Below, one piece after another: positions 36,801 to 48,176 of a stretch of 64,000 bases of DNA. The stretch lies in the NCBI GenBank assembly GCA_020137815.1, contig CM035350.1:6014001-6078000 (forward strand). The letters are read 5' to 3'. Under the pieces are notes generated by a model. The model was not told the origin of the DNA. It searched no databases and was given only the letters and a program-made list of their open reading frames with translations. Within the stretch, counting starts at the first letter, position 1. The number at the start of each line of letters is the position of its first letter. A program made the position numbers and the translations under genes. Source of the stretch: Hormiphora californensis (Eukaryota; Animalia; Ctenophora).

Positions 36801-39061
36801 GCTGCTATACTGTGATCCCCTGCTCTCACTATGATACCTACTATCACCCTCGCTCTCCCTTCTCTCACTGCTCCTACTGCTCCTGCTCTCACCCCAACTG
36901 TCACTATGTCTGCTGCTCCTCTCTCTATCACTGTACCGGTGCTCGCTGTAGTGGGTGGGTACGGGGTGGTGTGGCATAGTAGGGGTGTCCCCTATACAGG
37001 GCCGGATGGGGTGGCGGTATCATGGCGGGGTGAGGGAACCTGCTGTCGAAGAGATGTGGAGGCCGCACTGGATGGTGGAAGGGAGGGAAGGGAGGGGGCA
37101 TCTTACTAGGGATCAAATACCGGCATCCTCGAGGGGTCAAAGTGTGGTGGCATGTGAGGGGGTGGCAGTTTACTTGGATCATAATTAGGAGGCATCTTGG
37201 ACGGATCATATGTTGGTAGTTTAGGGGGCTCGTAGGATGATGATGGTGCCGTCTTTGAGGACGGATCATAGCTGGATAGCACCTTCCCCGGATCGTACAT
37301 TGGTGGTATCTTGGAGGGGTCATATACAGGTGGGGTGTGGTGATATGAACCACTTGTTGTGTGGGTGGGGATCTGCTGCTGCTGCTGCTCCCGATCAACT
37401 GCTGCTGGTTTGGGTTGTTCTGGTGGAGGCTGGTCGAACCTAGAGGGTCTCGTTCTACCCTGGGGTGGTGGTGCTGGTGTGGGCTCTAGTTTCTTGGGTT
37501 CTGCCGAGATGACACTTTTAACTGGGGCACTGGAATAATTGGCTGGTGGTAGGGGCACTGGGGGACCCCCTACTGCCTCAGTCACCTCCCCTCCCCTCTC
37601 CCCTGTCTCTCCCTCCTCTAGTTCAAAGTTCTGCTGTTGGTCCGGGTAACTGCCTCTCTCCTCTTGTTGTGGGTGCCTCTGAAAGGGTTTAAATGTTACA
37701 CAACAACAGACGTGAATAAAGCAAACTGGGTTTTTTGAACCATGTTCTAACATGTGCATGGAGTTGTTATTTTGAACTATAATAGTAGGGGCGAATCTTA
37801 ATTTGTTGACTCACTATTTGGTTAAAAGGTAATTCCGGTTGAAACCCACTAAAAACCTGGTTAGATGACTGCTCCGTGGTTGGTGGGAGATTGATAATAG
37901 TAGGTTCAGGATCTGGAACAGCAACCTGCTCTATTACTCTCGGTCCTGACCTCTTAGATCCTGAGACATTGGTTTGGTTTGGCACTATCAATTTCACTAG
38001 ATGTACTATGCCCCCCTGTTTTATCTGAAGCTGTTTCTAACGATAACAAAATCAAAGTTTCGAGATCTACGGAATCAGAATACTGTGGGAGACCTACAAG
38101 ACATTATACCCGGGGAGGGGCCAGGGGGGGGGGTAATACCTTCACTTCGGTTATTAAACCCCTCAGGTGGAGAAACAGGACACGTCTCCAAATCTCCTCC
38201 TTTCTTTACTTTGGTAGAAATCAGACCGATCTTGATGGAAGATTTGGGTTTCGTGTTTACCAGATCCTTGTTAAAAAACTGGTTTACCAGTTTCTCAGGT
38301 TTAGCCGGTTTCGCAACAATACCTCCACCTTTGGCTGGAAACTTGCCAACAGTAACGTTACTAAAGTCCTGGTTCTTCTGGGACCGCCGCCTGGAACTAT
38401 CTGAGGAAATTGGGGTCAGCAAATGTAGAGCAAATAGTTTTAACATGTTTTAATAATAGTGCCAGACAATACAACAGTTTAACATGGTATAATTATAATC
38501 TAATTAGGGTCTAATTAGGTAATTAATTACCTCGGAAGTACTCCTCATCAAGTGTAGGGGCTGGAGCGTTATCAAACTCAGCCTTCAGATCCTCTATATC
38601 CAGGGGCACAGATGCATCGTACGGGATTGTAACATTCGATTTACCTGTACAACAACTGTATCACTACGTGATTAATGAGTGCTAATGGTGCAGCATCAAA
38701 TATCACTACATTATCATGTTCACATTGTGTAATTTATCAATCTTGTAAAACTGACCAGCACGTTCACGTTGCTCCAATCGCTTCTGATATGTCTCACGGA
38801 ACTTGAGCATGGCCTTTGCTTTCGTCAGGGCACTATCCTCCTCCCTGCGTAATTTGTGTTGGTAACTGGGAAATATCTCACCCGGTTCCTATATATCACT
38901 CACCCCTCGCTATCACTAGTTGAGGTACTGCTAGATGAGGAACTAGAGGAGGAGGACTCAGAGGATTCAGAGGACACTGTGTCATGTTTTCCTCTCTTTT
39001 TCTTAGCGTCTGCCTTCCTGCGGGCTGTCTTTCTTTTCCGTTTATCCTTGGCCATCGGCAT
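33877..39061 (-). CDS. SON: SON-like splicing cofactor (Lys/Ser-rich N-terminus, Pro-rich and RS-like regions, G-patch, C-terminal dsRBD), multi-exon
   Basis: G-patch IGMAILKKQGWIVGQVLG followed by dsRBD KHPVAALADVCHKRKWKQPDY...NKRKAKADAAAACLERLG. Exons approximately 38905-39061, 38756-38845, 38531-38645, 37816-38401, 36540-37679, 36234-36363, 35847-36137, 34086-34595 and 33877-34008, plus small intervening exons. About 3 apparent frameshifts at or near C-runs. Confidence 0.8.
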
Positions 39062-39629
39062 AACTAAATGTGCGGATACTGAGGTGATAAATAAAATGAA
39101 CAATGCTGATAATTGCTCAATGAGCATTTTTCAGGTTCAACTGTTTGTTAAAACTGGATAAATTAGATCAATGCTAATCAATGCAGGCGGCCCACGAAAG
39201 AACTGAGCACCAACTCACGCAGGGCTAATAACAATGATTTTTGAGGCCTAGACCAGGTCGACTTAGATTTGAGATTTTAGAAGAAAAAAAACGGGAGATT
39301 TGAGATTTTAGAAGAAAAAACGGTAGAAATTTATAAACAGGGCCAAAATGTTTTGGGGGTTAACACACATCAAACGAAGGGACTACTGTAAGGAAAATTA
39401 TCAAACACTCAACTTCTAAAGGGGGTTTACAAATTAAATATATATCAAGTGACTTAACTAACAAATAATACGAAATTTCTTTCTCATCCTACTGGGGGGA
39501 TAACATATCCTAATACATTTCCATTAGACAGGGTGGTCAAATAGGCCACCCCATCCTACATGCATATTACATATATGTACTAAGCCTCAACCTACTTAGG
39601 ATGAGGTTTAGTACATATAGTATATGCAT

Positions 39630-40610
39630 TTACATATCCATGTTAAACACTATTTTTCCAACTGCTCGCCTCGATTTCAGTGTGTCAAATCCTTCCTTTA
39701 GGCTCGTCTCATTGAATGGCAACTCGTCTTGAATTATCGGTTTTAGAGGCTCCTTCTCTCCCTCCCCATCCATAATTCCGGCCAACTCCGTTAAGTCCTT
39801 CGTATTCCCTTTTGCGAAGAATAAGTGCTCATTAGCTCGACGGCCAATTCCCGAAAGGGCACGCAGCCAAAATCCTGGAGATCCATTAATTGCAACGTAC
39901 TGACCATGTCGCTCTGCAGATGATTTCAGGAGGCCTTTAGAGATGGTATAGTAATCCTCTCCCGCTCCACTGTTAGTTGCACAATCGTAGATCACATCGA
40001 ACTTCTTGTCTTCTGGAATGACATCACCGACTGTCAGGTACTCTGTTAGTGTTGTTTTGGTGTAATCTACCACTTCTGTAGCTCCTAAACTCTTTACCAG
40101 TTCCACGTTTCTCTCACTGCACACTCCGACTATTTCTTTCGCACCGAAAACTTTTGAAAGTTGAAGGCCTGCGGTACCGCAACCCCCACTGGCACCAATA
40201 ACCAACACTCTGTCACCCTCCTGGATCTTTCCGTGGGTTTTCAGTGCTTGGAAAGAGGTAAGGTAGGCCACAGGAAGAGCAGCAGCTTCGGTAAAGGTCA
40301 GGGAAGATGGTTTTAGTGCGAGACCATCAGGATCTGTTGCTGTGAACTCAGCCAAGCTTCCATCTCTCCAAACCGACCCATAAACTTCATCACCAACTTT
40401 GAAAGTGTCAACTTTGCTTCCAACTTCCTCAACAATCCCAGCAACGTCAATTCCGACCACAGTGCCCATAAAAGGCCATTTTGATTTGAAATCGATGGGA
40501 TTTATGGCAGCACATTTCACTTTCAAAAGTACTTTATTATCGCTGCATTTAGGTTTTGAGTAGGCAGGATTGAACGATATGTTCGTACCACTTCGTGTAG
40601 CTGCTCGCAT
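39630..40610 (-). CDS. Intronless MDR-superfamily NAD(P)-dependent oxidoreductase (quinone oxidoreductase/RTN4IP1-like)
   Basis: AAINPIDFK, GIDVAGIVEEVG, FKVGDEVYG, EAAALPVAYLT, VLVIGASGGCG (Rossmann) and the C-terminal RRAVGKIV. First ATG at 40610. Confidence 0.92.
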   Translation of the reverse strand: MRAATRSGTNISFNPAYSKPKCSDNKVLLKVKCAAINPIDFKSKWPFMGTVVGIDVAGIVEEVGSKVDTFKVGDEVYGSVWRDGSLAEFTATDPDGLALKPSSLTFTEAAALPVAYLTSFQALKTHGKIQEGDRVLVIGASGGCGTAGLQLSKVFGAKEIVGVCSERNVELVKSLGATEVVDYTKTTLTEYLTVGDVIPEDKKFDVIYDCATNSGAGEDYYTISKGLLKSSAERHGQYVAINGSPGFWLRALSGIGRRANEHLFFAKGNTKDLTELAGIMDGEGEKEPLKPIIQDELPFNETSLKEGFDTLKSRRAVGKIVFNMDM

Positions 40611-41261
40611 GATATTCAACGGGAAACGTTTAAATCTGGGTGTCTTGAGTATCAGCAGTCAGCACTAACGGGTCTTTTACGGTTAGGGCTAAAGTAGGGT
40701 TAGGGTTAGCGCTTGAGATAAAGTTTAATTAGCCAAAATGGTTGAGTGGTTTAGTACACCCGCACACGTGTTCCTTATCAAGATTTCGTTGAGTGGTTTG
40801 GCGGTTAGAGCCATTTTAGTGTAGGGTAATTTTTGGCAGCACGCACCACTTTCCCAAAAAAGATTTCGAGTCCAAACAGTAAATAACACATTTATTTATT
40901 TATTCAATCTAATACAATACTTATAACAATAGCAATTGAATATATACACAACCCAGGGCGCCGTTACAATCTGGGTGTTTGGTGGCCTGTTTACAGGTGC
41001 GTGCAGCCAAAAAAGTTTATTCACTAAAATGGCTCTAAACGCCAAACCACTCAACCGTTTTGGCTAATTCAAAGTTTATCTGGTAGAAAATGTCAAGGCC
41101 TAACCCCAACCTAAACCCAAAAAACCGTTTGTCAGTTGGCAAACACTGCAGGCCCCCGATCCTGTTCTGCACCACGCGCAGCGCTGGATAAGGCAGCGCT
41201 TTTCAAGTTTGTCAGCACTCACGAAACACCTTGGCAAACGTTGTCTCATTCGTTGTCTCAC

Positions 41262-41652
41262 TCTTATATGAAGGGTTGGGGCTATGAAACTTCTTGATTG
41301 GACAGAGAATCGTCCAAATTTGCAGTCTCAACTTTGGAATAGTTTCTATCTTTTGTAGTTATCTAATTAGAGCTGTTTAAACATTTGAGACGATCTGCAA
41401 AACAGGGTAATTTGGTACTGTTTCCGACCCATATTGCTTGCTCTCACCGCTTGTATGCTTTAATCTGCTCTAATTGGGTAAATCTCGTCAAGTGATCACT
41501 TCACAAGCAAGAATACACAGTATTAGAGGCCCCTACATCATCTTCTCACATGTTTAAACGGCTCTAATTAGATAACTAGAAAAGATAGACTGCAAATTTG
41601 GACGATTCTCTGTCCACTCAAGAAGTTTCATAGCCCCAACCCTTCATATAAG
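41262..41652. mobile_element. MITE with long TIRs
   Basis: CTTATATGAAGGGTTGGGGCTATGAAACTTCTTGA / TCAAGAAGTTTCATAGCCCCAACCCTTCATATAAG. Confidence 0.82.
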
Positions 41653-42953
41653 GGCTGTGTTCAGATCCTCCTTTTTTCACTTTAAGACGTCTTTTTTGAC
41701 CATTTTTTGGTCATAACTCGTGATTGGATTGTCAGAACATCACCCAAATAGCTACAGACACTTTTGGATATGCATTAGTTAACTTAAAACCGGTTTCAAG
41801 ATGATCCAAGCACTCCTTCCGTGGGCACGACCGCGCACCAATAGTGGTCCTGACATACGTGAGGCCGCGTAGCGCGATGTACACTAAACAGGCCTCCAAA
41901 ACGACGAAACAGCAATCCGAAACAGCCTCCAAACACCCAGATCGTAACGGCGCCCACGAAACACCCAGATTTTAAAAATTTGGAAATTCACTACACGAAA
42001 TCGGGCCGATGCGGCGCGGCGTATCTTGTCACGCGCAAAACCAGAATTTACGCCGCGCAGGCGCGCGCACAGATTTTTATTTATTATTGAATAAATTGAA
42101 GAAATCAAGGCGCCTTATAGCACAGAGTTCCTTTGGCGCCAGAGAGCGCATGCATCTTGGAATGCGCTGCAGCCCCCTCATGCGCGCACCCCCGCAACGA
42201 GGGGACTGGAGGGAATGCCGCGCGCGCGTTTGGCCTGATCCCGGCTGGGTCGAAGATAACTTTGCGGTCGAAAAAACGGCGGTGCTTATAACTTTGGCTC
42301 CTGAAGTCCGTTTGACTTGATTCTTTCACCAGTTGTTAGATCTGACGATTATCTACCTTGCTGTTTTTGAGAGAAGTTAATTGGACTTAAGGAGGCTGAG
42401 CAATAGCCGTTGGAAGATGGGTTGTTTTCAAAAAGTGACGTCACAGATTCTTGCAGGGACACCTTTTTAAAAATTTCATTCAAATTTTGATTTTACCGCA
42501 CTCGATTTTGCGGAGTTTGGTTCATATCTCCTGTTCCTGGTAAGATAGAGACCTGAAACCGGTTGCATTTGAAAGCTGTTATCTTCCTCTTTCCAACGCT
42601 ACCAAAACGATTTCTGTACCTTATCTGGAACCGGAGATATGATTGATTATGTATTCCCCCCTAGCGCGGTATTCCCTCCAGGCCCCTTATATTATATTAT
42701 AAGGGGCCTGCAACGTATGCCAAGCATGCATCATGTACATCCGAGTACTCTCGGAACCAAGGTTTTAATACGGGAGCGCTCTCCCCCCCCAAAAAAAAAA
42801 TCAAGGCGCGATTTTTTTAAAGTCTGATTTTTTGAAAAGCGCTGCCTTCGCCCTTATCCCGCGCCAGCAGCGTTTGCCAAAGTCTTGATCCCCCCGCGCC
42901 GAGCACACACCTATTTAAACAGGTCCCCAAACACCCATATCGTAACGGTGCCC

Positions 42954-43180
42954 ATAGGGATCCCTAATAAAGTTGTGACTTGTCACTGTAGTCTTGCGGA
43001 GGCGCGGTTGTGACTTGTCACCGCGTGTGCGCGTACCAAAACGCACGTGGTTCCCACTGCGCGTAGCTGCGGCGCGGCGTAAACCATGCGGTGACAAGTT
43101 ACAATCGCGCATTTTGAAGCCGCGCCGCCACGGGAACCACATGTTTGGTGACAAGTCACAACTTTATTAGGGATCCCTAT
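42954..43180. mobile_element. MITE
   Basis: TIR ATAGGGATCCCTAATAAAGTTGTGACTTGTCAC / GTGACAAGTCACAACTTTATTAGGGATCCCTAT. Confidence 0.85.
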
Positions 43181-46100
43181 ATAAAGTCCGTTTCAAGCGA
43201 CTTGACCCGTGAGAAGTCCCACAGAATAAGAATCTCCTGTGGACCAAATGACCCTGAGAAAGTCTCGAAGGACCTAAACACTTGCCTAGCAAAGACTCCT
43301 ATGCTCTTCATGGATACAAATCATGCTGCTGAAATCAGGGTGGGTTTTCCTGAATCAACTGATATTGAGTCATCAAGGATCTGGTCACCAATTCAATCCC
43401 CCAGGATGCCACCATATCTGTGGTCTCTGGAACTGCCAAGGTCACGATTCTTCATGTTCCAGAAAACATAGAAAACTTGTCAACGGAAGAGGCCAAAGAT
43501 CGAGTACTGAAAACTCTGCAACAGAAAAACCCATGTTTGCTGTCACCGGATGTAACAGTGGTTTACATAAAGAGCCACTTCCAGAACAAAGATAAGTGTA
43601 CAGTTGCCCTAAGAATCCCTGTTCCCCTCCAACAACGCCTTCTCGAAACAGGAAAGGTTTACTATGGCTGGTCCCGACTGAATGTAGTTGAGCGATTTCA
43701 TGTGCCCCAGTGTTTCAAGTGTCATGGGTTTAAACACAAAACAGCGGACTGTACTAGCACTGTTCTGGTATGTAAACTCTGCGGTGAAGACCACGATGTA
43801 AAAACCTGTACTAACCGAGATAAGAAGTTCTGTGTCAATTGCAACAAGTCTCAAACTTTTAAAACACGAGCCAGAGATCATCACAGTGGAGAACGGCTGT
43901 GCCCATTCCGCCTATCCCTCATTGAAGAACAGGCAAAAAACTAGATATGTCTAAAGTTCCCTCTCTTAGTTTCGGAAACATCAACTGCTGCTCGATTCGC
44001 AACAAAACAGAGGAAGTCTTGGTACTAACTATGGATCAGGAAATAGATGTGATGTGTGTAACCGAATCTTGGCTATCTCCAAAAGAATCTGCTCTATCAA
44101 AGGAGATAGAAGAATTCCCCTACAAGCTGCTCAGTGTTCCTCGCGGTAGCAGAGGTGGTGGAGTTGCCATTGTTTACAGGAAAGAACTAAAAGTGAAACG
44201 ATGTAAATCTCGTAAAGTCTTCTCGAGCTTTGAGTTGCTGGAAGCAATACTTGATGGACCTGGAATAGTCCTGACGAGAGTTGCTGTTATCTACCGTCCC
44301 CCTGATTCTTCCAAACAGGCGATCTTCCTTGAGGAGTTCGAGGAGTTTCTGTCAGTGTTTTCATCGAAGTCTGGACATCATCTGATAACTGGTGACTTTA
44401 ATGTTCACGTGGAAAAACTGCTCTGTCCATTTGCCCAAAGTTTCTTGCAAATACTTGAGGATCATTGTTGGATACAGCATGTTCGAGAACCGACTCACCT
44501 CCACGGGGGCACCCTTGATCTAGTACTGACAAAAGATGTCCCACTTCTTGATTCTTTGAATGTCAGACCTACCCCTGAAGTACCCGACCACTTCTTAGTT
44601 GACTTCAAAATGCATTGTGGCTCAGCAAACGGGATCAAACATAAGAAAACGATCACTGGCCGCTCGATGAAACGAGTCTCCACTGAATTGGTGCGGGATA
44701 TGATTCTGAAATCAAAACTGTGTCAATCTCCGCTTCCTGAATCAGTCGATGAATGTGTCAAACTGTATAACACCATACTTGAAGACATACTTGACCAGTT
44801 AGTACCGATTGAGGATAAAGTTGTTTCGGAATCCTCTAAGCCCCCCTGGTTTAGTCAAGAGTGCTATGATGCTCTACACAAACGCCGAAAAGCAGAGCGG
44901 AAGTACAAGTCAGCGTACAAGAAAGCCCTTAAACAGAAGCAAAAGAACAAACCAGTCTGCCACGAAAAAGTTCTAATAGCTGAAAAGTTGTTCATAGCTG
45001 AGATCCGGTTTACTAAAACTGTATTCAATCGCACCAGAAGAGAATTCTTCCAACAGCGTCTAGAGGCAGCAGACGGAAATCATGCTGCGTTGTATCAAAT
45101 CCTAAACCACCTGCTCGGAAAGGAAAAGACGCCGACCCAACTCCCCTCCACTGGCGATCCAGATGGACTTCCAGACCGAATGATCGACTTTTTCACTTCC
45201 AAGATCGAGGCAATCTATGAGAAAATTCAGCTTGATCCGGATTTCACAGCCGATCTTCCTGAACTGACACCGCGACTAGAAACAGATGCAGAGTTGCCAA
45301 AGTTTGCGAAATTTCAACCTGTCTCCGATTCGATGCTGGCTGCTACTGTCCGTGCTATGAACAAGAAACACTGTACCCTGGACCCTATGCCAACTTCATT
45401 TGTCAACGATGCTTTTCCAGCCCTCATTCCAATAGTGTCTAAGATTGTGAACACCAGTCTCACAAAAGGAGAAGTCCCTGATAGCTTAAAGTCTGCTGTT
45501 ATTCGACCATCATACAAAAACAGTGACCTAGACCCTGATGAACTTAATAGTTATCGACCAATCTCAAACCTTTCGTTCATCTCGAAGGTACTGGAGAAAT
45601 GCGTCGCTGACCAGCTTACTGACTACGTGGAGAGTAATGGACTGTTCAGTGAAGTTCAATCTGCTTATCGCTCGAAACATAGCTGTGAAACGGCCACTAT
45701 CAAGATAGTAAACGACATACTTGTGCAGCTGGATAAAAAGACCAAGGTCATCCTAGTTCTTCTGGACCTTTCAGCGGCCTTTGACACCATATCCCATGCC
45801 AAGCTACTACACCGCCTGAAACATGATTATGGAGTGACTGGAAAGGTATTGAGCTGGATTGAATCATATCTTACTAATCGAACAGCTAGAGTAAAGATAG
45901 GTTCGGTCGAGTCAGAAGCAAAGTCTATCAGCATTGGTGTTCCTCAGGGTTCCATCCTGGGGCCCCTCTTGTTCATACTCTACACCAGAGATCTACAGAA
46001 AATAGCGGAACTATATGGTCTCAGCCTGCACATGTATGCGGATGATTCTCAACTTTCGATAGCTTTCACCCCAGAAACTTTCGATGATGTGATAAAGAAA

Positions 46101-48176
46101 GTTCAGAGCTGCGTGTCTCACATTCGTCTCTGGATGACACAGAACCTGTTGAAGTTGAATCCGGATAAAACAGAAGTTCTTATCCTGCGAAACAAATGGG
46201 ATAAATCTACCAGTGATGCCACACTGAACATTGTACAAGAAGAAACGGAAGTCAAACCAGTTGCTAAGAATCTCGGCGTCATGATCGATAGCGAACTCAC
46301 GATGTCCCAGCACGTCTCCAGAGTTGTTCAGTCGTGCAACTACCAACTCGTCAACATGTGGAGAATTGCAGGCAAACTGAACAAAAAGCAAAAGACCCAA
46401 CTTGTGAACTCACTTATACACTCAAAAATTGATTATTGTAGCGCTCTACTGATAGGTCTCAAAGACAAGGATGTGAAGCGTCTTCAGAAGCTACAGAACT
46501 CTGCCACTCGCTTTGTCCATGGTAAACGTAGCAGACGTGGTGTAACAGATCTACGGAAAAAATCCCACTTCCTACCTGTTAGACACAGAATAGAATATAA
46601 GATCTGTATGATGGTATACAAATCCCTGAATAATGGGACGCCTGGATACATATCAGAAATGCTGCAAAGACGGAAACAAAAACCGATGAGTTTAAGAGTC
46701 GACTGTGACACGACAAGACTGGAAGAGGTACACAGTAACTACAACTACAAAACCACTGAGAGAGCTTTTAGTATAGCTGCTCCGAGGATCTGGAATCGCC
46801 TACCTAAAGAAATTCGAACCACAGAAACCTTGCCGATGTTTAAAAAGGCCTTGAAAACCCATATGTTTACTTTGGCTTATGGACCTGAATAAACCTCACT
46901 CGGCATTTTATCAGCACCGCACCATCTTCCCGGCACAAATCTACCCGCATAATTTCCTGGGCACCCAGTCCAGTTAACTTCACAGTAAATCCGTTGTTTT
47001 CCCCCAGGCTCCAGCTCCGCACATAAACGCTTCATTATTCCTTGCCTATACTATTCCTTGCATGCGGTTCTAAATCTGATCCTGTTTCACAACTTTTGGG
47101 AAATAGATCCCTCCCTTGGCATTACCTGGTTCGTTCCTGGGTTCCCGTGTCCTGTCTGCTGTCTCTCGCTATCACTGCCACCACGCCCTATTTCCAGACC
47201 AACACACTCCAGCTCTCCTATATCCCACCTATGACCTGCTTTCTCAATCCTACATCATTTCTTCCTGGAACTAAATAGTCTGCCTCCCTGTCCTTACCTG
47301 GTTCGTTCCTGGGTTTCCCGTGTCCTGGGTGCTGTCTCTTCTTCCAGACCCTCTCTCCAGCTCCCTTACATCCCACCTATGACCTACTGTCTCTATTCTG
47401 CACCATTCCTTCCTATATTCCTTCCTACATCCCTTCCTACTTTCTACACCATTCCTTCCTACATCTACCTGAGACTTAGTAGAGGGACCACCCATGACTG
47501 AGTCAATGAGTTAATATTTTCAAGTGTGTATTTGTGTAAATTGTTAACATTTTCTGGCCTCTGAGTTGTTTAGCAGAGTTTGAGTAGCTGAGGTTCCAGA
47601 TTGGCTGAGTTTTATGCCGAAGAATGAAGAAAGAAGACCCATACATACCGTTTTTCTCAATACGTTTTTCTCGATAAAAAACTTGTCAAGGACTCTTCAG
47701 TGAGTGTGTGTTTGAAGGACAGCTAATTTATAACTTATTACCGAATCTGTGTAATATGTTTTTGTGATTGTTTGTTTGTCTGTGAATGTGCTTGTAAGTT
47801 TGTTATCATGTTTTTGCATTAACCGTTTTGTATTGACTGTTGATGTTGTGTTTTGCGTCTGTGACTTTGTGTTTAATCTGTTTTTAATCTGTTTTTATGT
47901 CTGTCTGCTTGTTTTGTTTGTTCATCACCTTGTTTCAGTTTTCTATTTTCCATAGTTCCTCGTTTTTGTACATCCAATGCTACTAGGATATGTTTCACTG
48001 TCTCTAAGTATTGTTTAAACCGCTTTAGGAAACCGCTGATGTGAACTGTATATTTTCACCTCTCAGCCTTGTATCACTTTTATTGGTGTATGGTGTAAGA
48101 GCGGGACGAAGTTATATATTAATGTGTGTGACTTTGTGATAAATTGTGCATAAACTTAAACTTAAACTTAAACTTA
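43181..48176 (+). mobile_element. L2/CR1-group LINE: truncated CCHC-knuckle ORF1, intact ORF2, 1.3-kb 3' UTR, (TAAACT)n tail
   Basis: ORF1 C-terminus CFKCHGFKHKTADC, CKLCGEDHDVKTC, CVNC...H...C, ending 2 nt before the ORF2 ATG. The 3' UTR has an internal duplication and a CCGCT...AGCGG stem. Confidence 0.93.
43947..46892 (+). CDS. LINE ORF2: APE endonuclease plus reverse transcriptase, 981 aa
   Basis: NCCSIRNK, VTESWL, GDFNVH, TLDLV, PDHF; SYRPISNL, LDLSAAFDTI, GVPQGSILGP, YADDSQL, SKIDYCS. Confidence 0.96.
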   Translation: MSKVPSLSFGNINCCSIRNKTEEVLVLTMDQEIDVMCVTESWLSPKESALSKEIEEFPYKLLSVPRGSRGGGVAIVYRKELKVKRCKSRKVFSSFELLEAILDGPGIVLTRVAVIYRPPDSSKQAIFLEEFEEFLSVFSSKSGHHLITGDFNVHVEKLLCPFAQSFLQILEDHCWIQHVREPTHLHGGTLDLVLTKDVPLLDSLNVRPTPEVPDHFLVDFKMHCGSANGIKHKKTITGRSMKRVSTELVRDMILKSKLCQSPLPESVDECVKLYNTILEDILDQLVPIEDKVVSESSKPPWFSQECYDALHKRRKAERKYKSAYKKALKQKQKNKPVCHEKVLIAEKLFIAEIRFTKTVFNRTRREFFQQRLEAADGNHAALYQILNHLLGKEKTPTQLPSTGDPDGLPDRMIDFFTSKIEAIYEKIQLDPDFTADLPELTPRLETDAELPKFAKFQPVSDSMLAATVRAMNKKHCTLDPMPTSFVNDAFPALIPIVSKIVNTSLTKGEVPDSLKSAVIRPSYKNSDLDPDELNSYRPISNLSFISKVLEKCVADQLTDYVESNGLFSEVQSAYRSKHSCETATIKIVNDILVQLDKKTKVILVLLDLSAAFDTISHAKLLHRLKHDYGVTGKVLSWIESYLTNRTARVKIGSVESEAKSISIGVPQGSILGPLLFILYTRDLQKIAELYGLSLHMYADDSQLSIAFTPETFDDVIKKVQSCVSHIRLWMTQNLLKLNPDKTEVLILRNKWDKSTSDATLNIVQEETEVKPVAKNLGVMIDSELTMSQHVSRVVQSCNYQLVNMWRIAGKLNKKQKTQLVNSLIHSKIDYCSALLIGLKDKDVKRLQKLQNSATRFVHGKRSRRGVTDLRKKSHFLPVRHRIEYKICMMVYKSLNNGTPGYISEMLQRRKQKPMSLRVDCDTTRLEEVHSNYNYKTTERAFSIAAPRIWNRLPKEIRTTETLPMFKKALKTHMFTLAYGPE

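Noticed and set aside
37767-38401. Alternative terminal exon giving a short SON isoform
   Set aside because: A phase-0 GTGAGT donor at about 37815 links it to the next exon and is needed for phase continuity, so it is an internal exon.
36928-38446. Programmed frameshifting or pseudogenisation in SON
   Set aside because: The breaks fall at or near C/G homopolymers in an otherwise well-formed gene, and indels are common in this assembly. Consensus error is more likely; read polishing would confirm.
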